The notes under the pieces are model-generated. The model did not search any database. It was not told the DNA's origin and was given only the letters and a program-made list of their open reading frames with translations. 64,000 nucleotides of DNA from Eledone cirrhosa (taxonomy: Eukaryota): NCBI GenBank assembly GCA_964016885.1, contig CAXHJY010000447.1, positions 1 through 64,000 on the forward strand, given 5' to 3'. The position numbers and the translations under genes are program-made. Shown here piece by piece: positions 1 to 10,984 of this stretch (the first letter of the stretch is position 1; the number at the start of each line of letters is the position of its first letter).

Positions 1-291
1 CCTCTTCCTTTTACCATACTAAACTTTCTTTAATTATTTTATTACTATATTTCAAAGGAAAAATACTGTCAATGATTTTCGAATCATTTTGAAAATAATC
101 ATGAATTTGGTGGAATTTAGTTATATATCAACTTTATCATTATTAAGTTGGTGTTTGGAGTATAATATAACAAACGTTCGTATGTCAAGTTATGATGGAA
201 GTGTTTTAGATAAATATAAACATGTTAAAACAAACAGTTTTATATTATAGAATCAGGAGCAGTTTCAGGTGGTTTGCTATGAAAGGATTAA
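1..291. mobile_element. Degenerate copy of TTAA-flanked piggyBac-like MITE (same family as 18341-18600)
   Basis: Ends in gaaaggaTTAA; reverse complement aligns by eye with the 18341 copy (ttaacccttctgatatcaaactacttgaaac...). Confidence 0.5.
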
Positions 292-1051
292 TATTATTTT
301 CTTCTTTTTAGTTTAGTGGCTCCAATTTGTTCATTTTCAATTTTTGTCTTTCTTAGAGGTAATGTTTAATTTGAGTAAAGTTTAGTTATGTCTTGCAGGT
401 CATTAGAGCACAGGACAAAAAGCCTTCCACTATTTTTTCTGGCTCACATTGCATTGGGTTTAAATCCTGCTGAGGTAAACTTTGACTTTCATTCAGGTGG
501 GGTTTATAGAATAACATTTATGTCCTATGGATTGACAAACATTGTTTATACATTGGAGAAAATACCTATTTGTTTTTAGTTTTTAGGTTTTAGTCCTATC
601 CATCATTTGGTCTAACACTACGATGTGGCACTTTGGTACCTTTGTCAGTGTCCATTATGCTGCAATCATTTGGGCCAAGTCATCTGCTCCCAGTTACTTT
701 TCTCCAACTCTTCCACTAGTCTCTGAAGCCTGGAAAAAGTTCATGGATATTGCTCTCCCCCACTTTGATTAAAAAATATAATTTTTAAAAGTTGTAAGTT
801 TATTGCACTGGCATTTCACCACACACTCAGTTTTATTCACTTCCACTTCTCTCTCTCTCTCTTGTTTTTGATCCATGCATTTGTGCTGATTTTCATATTT
901 AAAGATACCCTCCATTTTCTCTACCATCAGTTTCAGAAGCCCTGTAAAAGTTTCTGGGCACTGCTCCTCCCACCCTGACAAAATGGAAAACAAAAACCTA
1001 CAAGTTTATTACAGTGATATTTTTATCACTTTCTAGCATCTATTATTGTCT

Positions 1052-1241
1052 GGCAGTGGATTGGCAGCATCGGTAGAGGGTCTGACGCCATGCTTTACTG
1101 CAAAGAGTTACGGTCCTTTATGGTCTGAGTTCAAATCCTGCAGAGGTTAACTTTGCCTTTCATACTTACGGGGTCGATAAAATAAAGCACCAGTAATACA
1201 CTGGAATAATTGGTGGCCTTGTGCCAAAAGTAGAAACAATC
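1052..1241 (+). mobile_element. tRNA-derived SINE, family S1
   Basis: A-box-like ttggcagcatcgg, B-box gagttcaaatcc, body gcctttcat...ggggtcgataaaataaagcaccag; near-identical copies at 17177, 27301, 27500, 31689. Confidence 0.8.
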
Positions 1242-2833
1242 ATTTTCTATTTCTATTGTGTTGGTGATTTCTTTTCTTGGATAAGGGGTTATAAAGACAA
1301 GAAAGGGAAAGATATAGGATGGCAGAATAAAAACACCATCTTGAAGATAGGTGCATCAGCAGTGTTCAACAATGGACTGAAGGCATCAGAAAATGACATT
1401 CTTTATGTGTATGAGGAGGTGGGTAGGGTGAGAAGATATTTGTTATACTTTGAGCTTGGTTTCCTTATTGGTTTTTGTTACTTTATTGTTTTTTTTATTT
1501 TTTAATAGAAATTAAGCTCAATGAATAAAAACATTTTTGTTATTATTCATTTTATTTTCGATTTTATGATTTATATTTTAATGATTTCTCCAAGGATTTC
1601 ATAATTAGTTGTCTTTTATGATGACTTTCATTGACAGAGAAAAATGAACTTAAAATTATTTATTCCTCCCGTCTCCCTCTTTCTGTTATCTTTCCTCTCC
1701 AACCTTCTATACCCCTTCCATTTTAGTAATTTTAAATAAATTGTATTGCCTTTTAATGGTAACCTCAAGCTGGCCAAAACGCACACACACATATGTGTGC
1801 ATATCCATTATCTGTCTATATATATCAATATATGTATGAGTGTGTGTATATGTGTCTCTGCCTGTATCTATGTATATGTGAGTGCACATGTTCATATGTG
1901 TATGCATACACACATTCATGCATACATACTTACACATATGTGCTGATGCACAAACATTAATGCAGGCACATGCAGGCACACGCACATACCTACATATATT
2001 TATATTTGTGTGTATGTGTGTTCATATGAGAGGAAGTTTGTGGAGCAAAAGACAGTGTTTATGTTTTATTATTTGGTGGGGGTTTGTTTGGCTTTGTCTT
2101 CAAACCAAACATGGGACAGCTTTTATTCTGTTCAACTATTTTTGCATCTATCTCCCTAAAGAATTCTCAATATTACAGAGAAGAATTTCATTATCAACTT
2201 CAATAAAAAAAAACTTTTGTTTGTTTAGACTATTTGAATTTACTTTATTTTATTTTTATATATTTTTCATTTATTTTCCACACCACAAACAAACAAAGAA
2301 GAATTACATTTTGACACAATGTCTTCTTTCAGATATAATATATGGATTCCATTTGTAAAACTTTTTTCCTCCCACTACTGGCTTGCAACAAACAACCTAT
2401 CTTATGAGACATATATACTCACTACAAATTCTATCCTCCTATACTCCCCTACTACACTTACAGTCTACTGTCTGAACTTCGTTTTTCAATCAGTGTACAG
2501 AGAAAATATGGCAAAAACTGTTCAACGGGAGGACATAAATTTAGGTAAGACATATAGAGCAGACACATTAGTCATTGGTTTTCAAAAGAAATTACTGAAA
2601 CAATAACTTCATTTTGAAATTTGTCTTTATTATTCTATTTTATTAAAAATAATTTTCATATGTTGACAGCATCAATGGTCAACTATACGTTCGTGGCAGT
2701 TGATCAGAATTGACATTATATACATTTGAAAACCTGTTTGCTGAGTAGTTCAGCTTGCATACATAATACTTTTCATTTTAAATTTCTTGTTCCCAATGTC
2801 CGTTTTGATACATTATGAATGTATAGAAAAAAA

Positions 2834-2848
2834 AACTCATTTACATCT

Positions 2849-2942
<94 letters not shown>

Positions 2943-2959
2943 ATAGATGTAAATGAGTT
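2834..2959. repeat. Palindrome centred on a (TA)n tract
   Basis: aactcatttacatcta-(CA)n-(TA)n-(TG)n-tagatgtaaatgagtt. Confidence 0.85.
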
Positions 2960-3489
2960 GCGTTGGTATGGACATGTGATATGTATGAAGGACGACAGCT
3001 GCATAAAAAGGTGCAGAGCACTAGAAGTCAATGGAAACTGCGGAGTGGGGATACTCAAGAAGACCTGGGATGAGGTGATAAAAGCTGACATTACCCAATT
3101 ACACCTCTCAAAGGTGATGACACACGACCGTGACTTCTGGCGTCACGCAGTAATACAGCGTACCCGAGCTCCCATGGGTACAAGCTGAAGCATATAGACA
3201 ATATGCCCCCCCACCCTCCCACTGCAAGGTGGTCGTGGAGGTGCCACGGCAAAAAAGTACCCAGCCCATACTGTAAAGTGGACGTGTAGGCGCCATGGAA
3301 AAAGCACCCAGCACTCACTGTAAATGAGGTTGGTGTTAGGAAGAGCATCCAGCTGTAGAAATCAAGCCAAAATCAGTTCCTTTATGAGCAAGGCATGGTC
3401 AGCCGACCAGACACTGCCCACAACAGGACAACCCATCTAACCCATGCTAGCATGGAAGAACGGACGTAAAACGGTGATGATGATGATGA

Positions 3490-3491
<2 letters not shown>
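2955..3491 (+). mobile_element. 5'-truncated RTE-clade LINE (C-terminal ORF end, 3'UTR, (GAT)n tail)
   Basis: LRWYGHV...KKTWDEVI...DRDFWR, homologous to the end of ORF 3883-5037; tail gatgatgat. Confidence 0.85.
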
Positions 3492-3522
<31 letters not shown>

Positions 3523-3525
<3 letters not shown>

Positions 3526-5078
3526 TCATCATCATCATCATCATCAACGTTTAACGTCCGTGTTCCACGCTTGCATGGGTTTGGACGGGGGTAGTCCCAC
3601 TTGAGGCAAGAGTGATTGTCTTGCTCGCATAGGACTGTCTGGCAGGTTTTCTACAGTTGGATGCCCTTCCTAACACCAACCACATTTACAGTGTGGGTCT
3701 GGGAGGTTTTTACCGTGTTGCCTACACGGCCACATTACAGCGTGGACTGTGTGTTTTTTTTTGTCGTGACACCTACACGATCTCATTTGTTTCGGCATGG
3801 ATGGCGCGGCACCAACATAACTTTACATAGAACGGGGTGGTGTGGATGGGGTGGGGGTGGTGGCGGGACGGGGTGTATTTTGTTAGAGATGCCTACTGGC
3901 AAGGCGGGTCTTCTCTGTTACTGAGTACCGCCAAAGGTCTCGGTCCAGTGACATTGTCTTGGAGAGGTGTAAGTGTGTGAGGTCGGAGTTTATCAGCTCA
4001 TCCCATGTTTTTCTAGGTCTGCCTATTCCGTGGCTACCGTCTATCTTTATTGCCCTGCACTTTGTTATACAGCTATCGACTTTCATGCGAATCACGTGTC
4101 CATACCAACGCAGCCTTCTCTCGAGTAAACAACATCTGATCCCTCTTATTTCTAATTTTTTCCTTAGTTCGTTTATGCTTTGCCGTTCACGTATATTACT
4201 GTTACACATCCAGCGGAGCATGCAAGCTTCGTTCCTCTCTAGTCTGCGTATATCCTCTGCACACAATGCCCAGGTCTCACTACCATGCAACATTGCTGTT
4301 CGTATGCAGGCATCGTACAACCTGCCTTTCATTTTTAGGGAGAACCCTTTAGCAGCTAATAGTGGTATAAGCTCTCTGAACTTTTTCCAACCAGTTCTGA
4401 CTCTAGCTACAGTACTTTCAGAGCACCCTCCCCCACTGCTGATTTTATCGCCCAGGTAACGGAAGCTGTCCACTATTTCTATAAAACCCTCTGCGCAATT
4501 GAAAGAGCTAGTATTTTGTGGGCACTTGCTGCTACTTATTGCACCAGAACACCGGCCACATGTAAAATCTATGTTCTTAGTTAGCTTACCTGTGATCCCA
4601 CTACATCTTTTATGCACCCATACTTTGCATTTAGGACATAAAATGGAGTTTCTACCTACGCCTTTCCTACACACCGAGCACGACCATTTCCCAGAAGGGA
4701 CCGCCGCCTTGTTTTCTTTCCTACAAACTAGAACTTTGGTCTTAGCCAGGTTAATTTTAAGTCCTTTTGACTCTAGGCCGTGCTTCCATGTTTGGAATTT
4801 CTTCTCTAGCTCGGCCATTGATTCCGCTATGAGTGTCAGGTCGTCTGAGTATAGGAGTTCCCATGGGCAGCCTGTCTTGAACTCCTCTGTTATAGCCTGA
4901 AGGGCAATAATAAATAGTAGGGGGCTGAGAACAGAGCCCTGATGGACGCCAACTTTTACGCTAAACTCTTCACTATATTCGTTGTTAATTCTAACCTTGC
5001 TGACTGTTTCTTTATACATGCCTTGTATAGCCCTCACAAGCCATTCGTCAACGCCTAGTTTTCTAAGAGCCCACCAGA
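3523..5078 (-). mobile_element. 5'-truncated RTE-clade LINE with 3'UTR and (GAT)n tail
   Basis: RT ORF 3883-5037, 3'UTR shared with 7700-7901 and 33117-33405, (CAT)n on + strand at 3523-3545. Confidence 0.92.
3883..5037 (-). pseudogene. Partial RTE reverse transcriptase ORF with embedded PHD-type zinc finger
   Basis: GVHQGSVLSPLLF, LLYSDD, GLKINLAKTKVL, FRYLG, HGSETW, RLRWYGHV, GRPRKTW motifs; C4HC3 pattern at aa 120-163. Confidence 0.9.
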
Positions 5079-5080
5079 TA

Positions 5081-5436
5081 TATATATCAATAAAAGATCT
5101 GAGGCCATCTTCAGTTGATTTAGGTTTATTTAAAATATGTTATACATACTTTGCTGAGGATTATCAGGCAAAAACCTATAAAAATAATGAAAGTTCCTAA
5201 AAAATCACCATGTGTCCGGCCAGCCCTCTGTATCAAGAAAAGAAAATATTTCTTGAAGAAGTTATTGATTTTTCCAAACTTAAAGGTTATTTTAGCAACT
5301 TTCATTGTTTTTATATGCTTTGCCATCTGAAGAACTCAGGCTATCATAAGTGATAATCCTCAGCAAAATATGTACAATGGATTTTAAATAAATCTGAATC
5401 AACGGAATATGGCCTCTGATCTCTTATTGATATATA
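5081..5436. mobile_element. Fold-back element (imperfect inverted arms ~120 bp) with decayed hammerhead at 5323-5380 (+)
   Basis: atatcaataaaagatctgaggccat vs atggcctctgatctcttattgatat; ccat-CTGAAGA-hairpin-(A)AAA-tatgta-ca-atgg. Confidence 0.6.
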
Positions 5437-5540
5437 ATGCTCCAGCTTGCACCATCTATAAAGGTGCTTCATTTTATCAGCTTCACAACCAACTGACCAA
5501 AATATAGTCCACACATCCCTGTTCTGTTAACACCATTCTA

Positions 5541-5826
5541 TATATATGAATGTATGTATAGTATATTCAGCAATATACCGTATCTTTAATTAAAAATATT
5601 TGGAAGACCATTCACTATCAGTTTTAAACTATGTCACTTTCTCGCTGGTTGGCTTTGATAAATACCAACCAACGAGAAACAGCTGTCAGCCTCACTCCCA
5701 GCCTTTGCTGAAAATAAGTAAGTGACATAGTCACTACTTAAAAACTGATAGCGAATGGTCTTCTAAATGTTTTTAATTAAAGATACGGTATATTGCCAAA
5801 TATACTATACATACATTCATGTATAA
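5541..5826. mobile_element. Fold-back element (inverted arms ~95 bp), possible PLE pLTR relic
   Basis: atgaatgtatgtatagtatattcagcaatataccgtatctttaattaaaaa mirrored at 5770-5821. Confidence 0.65.
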
Positions 5827-5856
5827 ATCACTATTTCAGAGCACCAATACTAATAT

Positions 5857-6485
5857 ATCATCATCATCATCTTACATCCGCTTTTCCCTGCTTACAAGGG
5901 CAGGACGGGAACTTATTCTGGCTTGATTTCTATGGCTGGATGTCCTTCCTAACACCAACTTCATTTACAGTGAGTGCTGGGTGCTTTTTTCTGTGGCACC
6001 TACATGTCCACTTTACAGTAGAATGATAGGGACCCCAGTCCTATCATCTCATTTCTACAGCTGAGTAAACTGGAGCAATGTTAAATAAAGTGTCTTGCTC
6101 AAGGAAACAACACATCACCCGGTCTGAGAATTGAACTCACAACAATTCGATTGCAAGCCCAATAATCTAACCACTAAACCATGTGCCTCCATATATCATC
6201 ATCATCATCATCATTTCATTTTACGTCTTGATTTCTACAGCTGGATGCCCTTACTAACACCAACCTCATTTACAGTGAGTGCTGGGTGCTTTTTTGCCGT
6301 GGCACCTCCACGAATGATAGGGATCCCAGTCCCTATAATCTCATTTCTACAGCTGAGTAAACTGGAGCAACGTGAAATAAAGTGTCTTGCTCAAGGAAAC
6401 AATACATCACCCGGTCTGAGAATTGAACTCACAACCTTTCGATTGCAAAGCCAATGCTCTAACCACTAAGCCATGTGCCTCCACA
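5857..6485 (-). mobile_element. Two tandem composite SINEs (tRNA head plus RTE-derived tail plus (GAT)n), family S2
   Basis: Minus strand: A-box tggcttagtgg, B-box gagttcaattc, tail cacccagcactcactgtaaatgaggttggtgttag shared with the RTE 3'UTR at 3305-3365. Confidence 0.8.
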
Positions 6486-7049
6486 TGTATATATGTATGT
6501 GTGAGTATGTGTATGAGTGTGTAAATGTATATATATTATATACAGATATAAAATGAGATGACACAGGAACAGGTTCTCTGGCATTATGGTGTATTGCAAA
6601 AAATCTGCCTTCTCACAGGTTGAAACAAAATGTAGATGACACTAGCCTGCAACGAGTGTCCCACCCTCTCTGCCCTCACCATCTAAATACCCCATTCATG
6701 TAATCTATGTCTAATACGCATACCCTCTGCCCTTCCCCAAATTACTTGCTCTCATTGTACATCTCTGATCAAGCTCAACCCCTACATACAAGCGAGGAAT
6801 GTAGGACATGCTCCAAATATTCTCCCTCTCCAATAATGCTGCTCTCATGGACAAAAAACACTGTGTCTACTCCTCACACAAGGTATGTACCCCTCCTTAG
6901 GCCTACCTCTCCCATTCCCATCCTGCATATACACACACCACACACTCCTTCCACACCACATTCTATATCGGATACAATCCTCTTGTTGAAGCCATGCATA
7001 CAAGCACAAAAACCTGGAAATACTCCCCCACAATTGTGCTGACATAGCT

Positions 7050-7382
7050 AAATACCCCCAGCCCAACTTGTAAAGTGGTGGTGTTGGTGACACAATTAAA
7101 AGCACCCAGTCAATCCAATATTCTGGTCATGCTGGTGACATGCCAAAATGCGTCCAGTCCAACCTGTTAGCTGATCATTTTGGTACCACAATAAAAAGCA
7201 CTTGCTCCAGGCTGTAAATGTGGTTGGCATTAGGAAAGGCATCTAGTCATAGGAACCAAGCCAGTGACATTTCTGTATGACAAGTCATCGTGATCTAATC
7301 AGACTAGTCTCAAAATCCGACAGCTCATCTAGCCCATGCTAGCGTGGAAAAATGAACGTTAAATAGTGGTGATGATGATGAT
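7050..7382 (+). mobile_element. Degenerate RTE 3'UTR with ~50-bp internal repeats and (GAT)n tail
   Basis: Repeated aaagcacccagtc-type units, ggttggcattaggaaaggcatc, cccatgctagcgtggaaaa...gatgatgat. Confidence 0.65.
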
Positions 7383-7438
7383 AAATCTGTGTATGTATGA
7401 ATATTAGTATATGGTAACATATATGCATATATATATAG

Positions 7439-7571
<133 letters not shown>

Positions 7572-7630
7572 GAATAATCGAGTATCGAAAAATCGGCGCA
7601 CGAGTTCACGATAAACAAAATTCGATATAC

Positions 7631-7699
<69 letters not shown>

Positions 7700-7700
<1 letters not shown>

Positions 7701-7901
7701 GCGGTAATGTGGCCGTGTAGGTAACACGGTAAAAACCTCCCAGTCCACACTGTAAACATGGTTGGTGTTAGGAAGGGCATCCAGCCGTAGAAAACCCGCC
7801 AGACAGTCCTATACGAGCAGGACAACCAATCTTGCCTAGGAAAACTCCCGTCCAAACCCATGCAAGCGTGGAAAATCGACGTTAAACAATGATGATGATG
7901 A
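7700..7901 (+). mobile_element. RTE 3' terminal fragment embedded in (TA)n
   Basis: Reverse complement of 3545-3745. Confidence 0.85.
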
Positions 7902-8188
7902 TATATATATATATATATATACATAAACGTAAAAAATGAAACGAAATTTCATTTCCCACTCTTAGTACGACTGTTACTTAAATATAAGTATGTACACGTA
8001 CATACATATATGTATACAGACGTACAGTAGTATGTATATATATATACATGCACATATATATATATATGTACGTATGGATTCACCGAACATTTATTATAAT
8101 GCTCGGTGTGTTTGTAAACAAACATCCCATATTAAGCCTTAGTGTCTAGCAACCATCGTTGCTCGTTTGTTCAACACTGACAAAGGAA

Positions 8189-8229
8189 CGCTGTACTAGT
8201 TTCAAGCTTATTAGCTATCGTCAGCAACG
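8189..8229 (-). ncRNA. Minimal type I hammerhead ribozyme (R1)
   Basis: Reverse complement of the 8709-8749 motif. Confidence 0.85.
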
Positions 8230-8708
8230 TATACCTTCCCGCCAGATTGTTGAACGTATATACTTACCTTATGCATATTAACGGCTGAGCAGCCCAATTT
8301 GCATATCGAGTGGGTTAATTGGCCGGGTGCACCGAAAACGATAAACGGAAAAAATGAAACGAAATTTCATTTCCCACTCTTAGTACGGCTGTTACTTAAA
8401 TATAAGTATGTACACGTACATACATATATGTATACAGACGTACAGTAGTATGTATATATAAATATATAAATACATGGACACATATATATATGTACGTACA
8501 GATTCACCGAACATTTATTATAATGCTCGGTGTGTTTGTAAACAAAGAGCCGTACTAAGAGTGAGAAATGAAATTTCGTTTCATGTTTTCCGTTTATCGT
8601 TTTCGGTGCACCCCGCCGATTAACCCACTCGATATGCAAAGTGGGCCACTCAGCCGTTAATATGCATAAGGTAAGTATATACGTTCAACAATCTGGCAGG
8701 AAGGTATT

Positions 8709-8749
8709 CGTTGCTGACGATAGCTAATAAGCTTGAAACTAGTACAGCG
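8709..8749 (+). ncRNA. Minimal type I hammerhead ribozyme (R1)
   Basis: cgttg-CTGACGA-tagct aata agctt-GAAAC-ta-GTA-cagcg: intact core, 5-bp stem I, palindromic stem III (ACTAGT), GUA site. Confidence 0.85.
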
Positions 8750-8964
8750 TTCCTTTGTCAGTGTTGAACAAACGAGCAACGATGGTTGCTAGACACTACG
8801 GCTTAATACAGGATGTTTGTTTACAAACACACCGAGCACATTAATAATAGTTCTGTGAATCCATACGTACATATATATATGTGTGCATGTATGTATATAT
8901 ATATACATACTACTGTACGTCTGTATACATATATGTATGTACGTGTACATACTTATATATATAT

Positions 8965-10017
8965 TTCGTTTCTGAATTTGTTTAGCAAGATTCTTTATCT
9001 GAAAACGTGTGTTGAAACCGATATTATTATGCTTTGGGAGGGTCATGTTGCCAATAAGAAACACACTTAATAAATACCAGAGTGTAATGCTCATCAATAC
9101 AACCCATAGAGGTGAATTAGCTTACAAATTTAGAAGGGCCCTAGATAAACCTAAACTCAATATTAAGATAGTAGAAAGACCAGGTACCTCCATAATAACA
9201 CTTATTAGCAATACATATCCTTTTCAAAGACCTCCCTGTATAGATAATAAATGTATAATCTGTAAACTAAGCCCCCATATTAACTGTAAAACTAGAAATG
9301 TAGTATATAGCATAAGATGTACTGAAGGACAATGCAGAGATAAGAATATAGTGTACATAGGTGAGACAGCTCGTAGTATAGGAGAACGGATAAATGAACA
9401 CTGGTGAGAGCTTCAAGATAGAAAAGAATCATCTGTACTCCACCAACATGCTAAAATAGAACATAAAGGTAAATTAGAGAACATAGAAATAAAAATAGAA
9501 TCTACACACAGAAAAGACGCAATGTTTAGACAAATCACAGAGGCAATAAACATAAATGAACTCCAACCAAAATTAAATAGAAAACTTGAATGGAATAGCA
9601 ACATCACAACTTACAATTAAGGACAAAATGAAAACACACACACACACACATAGAACAAACAATCAACATGTAACATGTAAATAAACAAATAAATAAACAA
9701 ATATAAACACACACAGACACCCGGATGTAACACAGGCGCAAACTAAGCGCACACCACACACAAAAAGAAGATGGGGTACGACCGAACAAAGGAGAGGCAT
9801 AAAAACAAAGAAAAGAATCCCTAGTCACTGAAGAGGTCACAGAATGTGTGACGAAAGAACTTTGACAATATATGAACAACCGTCCGGTTGTGGAACCAAC
9901 CAACCAACCGAATATTTATAAATTCTTAAATTTATAAATTTAATTTATAATAAATTGGAGTGAAAGGAACTGGTGCGTGTGTTTCTTATTGGCAACATGA
10001 CCCTCCCAAAGCATAAC
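8965..10017 (+). mobile_element. 5'-truncated Penelope-like element family B (GIY-YIG plus pLTR) with inverted 5' pLTR fragment (8965-9066)
   Basis: CIDNKCIIC..CKTRNVVYSIRC..YIGETARS..ERINEH..LNRK; 9030-9066 is inverted relative to 9978-10017. Confidence 0.9.
9824..9866 (+). ncRNA. Minimal hammerhead in PLE-B pLTR
   Basis: gtca-CTGAAGA-g-gtcaca gaatg tgtgac-GAAAG-aa-CTT-tgac. Confidence 0.7.
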
Positions 10018-10118
10018 CACATATATATATAGAAACAATAATAAATTTGAAGACTAAAATCCAAAGAGAGCTCGATAAAGATAAATATATATCAAATATA
10101 TAAGAACAGTAGAGCAAA

Positions 10119-10455
10119 TATTTATTAAAATAACAGATTACGTTTTAAGCAAAGAATCGCTGCTTTCACCCTTAACGGAATCTTCTGAAACAACTTACAC
10201 ATTAAGACATACACATATAAATACATATGTTTCTGTATGTATGTTTATATATATATAAACATGTATGTTTATATATATATAAACATGTATGTATGTTTAT
10301 ATATATATTTATATATACATCTGTATGTATGTATGTTTATATTTATATATGTTTATATTTATATTTATATATTTATATAAAGAGTTTCAGAAGATTCTGT
10401 TAAGGGTGAAAGCAGCGATTCTTTGCTTAAACTTTAATCTGTTATTTTAATAAAT
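10119..10455. mobile_element. Fold-back non-coding element family D (other pieces at ~13845-13918 and 53514-53585)
   Basis: tttattaaaataacagatt...cccttaacggaatcttctgaaac mirrored at 10385-10455; HHR-like CAGAAGA...GAAA without a clear stem I. Confidence 0.65.
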
Positions 10456-10691
10456 ATATATATATATATACACATATATACATACATATATATATATTGT
10501 TATACTTGGGGAGGGTCATATTGCCAGAATTAATAACAGAACACACTCACTGTTTGGGTGGTTTTCGCTTCCCGCTTCTGTGTCTTTTATATCGGTAATC
10601 TAACTTACTCGATCCTCAATGTTGCCATTGACTGACCGATGGTCAAAAATAATACAGATACAATATAGACACAAACACATATATATAGTTT

Positions 10692-10733
10692 ATCATAAAT
10701 CTTTCGTTGCACATCTGCAACATCGTCAGTGGT
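10692..10733 (-). ncRNA. Slightly decayed minimal hammerhead in PLE-A pLTR
   Basis: acca-CTGACGA-t-gttgca gatg tgcaac-GAAAG-at-TTA-tgat; same layout as the PLE-B HHR. Confidence 0.6.
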
Positions 10734-10984
10734 GTTATTGTTTCCTCCTGTTGTATTGTATGTCTACGCCATTTTTATTCAGTCTGTCTATATATTTATT
10801 TATTTATTTGCTTGTTTGTTTATTTTATTTTGTCTTCTTTGCGCATGCGTTTGCGTGTGTGTATAGTGTTTTGTTTGCTGTGTGATGGGTGACTAGTGTG
10901 TGTGTATGTGCTTGTTGTTATTGTGCTTGTGTATGTATTTATTTATTTATCTATTTATTTATTTATTTTATTTTATTTACTTAT

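Larger units (their letters stand above)
7923..8958. mobile_element. Retrozyme-like non-coding element R1: ~1.5 tandem 418-bp units (- strand, 7923-8546) joined to ~1 inverted unit (+ strand, 8548-8958)
   Basis: cttagtacg at 7961 and 8379 (period 418); inverted copy from 8548; one HHR per complete unit; both outer ends abut (TA)n. Confidence 0.8.

Noticed and set aside
3959-4900. Plus-strand ORFs overlapping the RTE
   Set aside because: Antisense shadows of the RT ORF
6430-6485. tRNA gene
   Set aside because: A/B boxes belong to a SINE head; no complete cloverleaf or terminator
9405-9407. In-frame TGA in PLE-B GIY-YIG as possible selenocysteine or readthrough
   Set aside because: The other copy has CGA (Arg) here, so this is simple CpG decay
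10385-10425. Family D CAGAAGA...GAAA motif as a functional hammerhead
   Set aside because: Core U replaced and no stem I found; kept only as HHR-like
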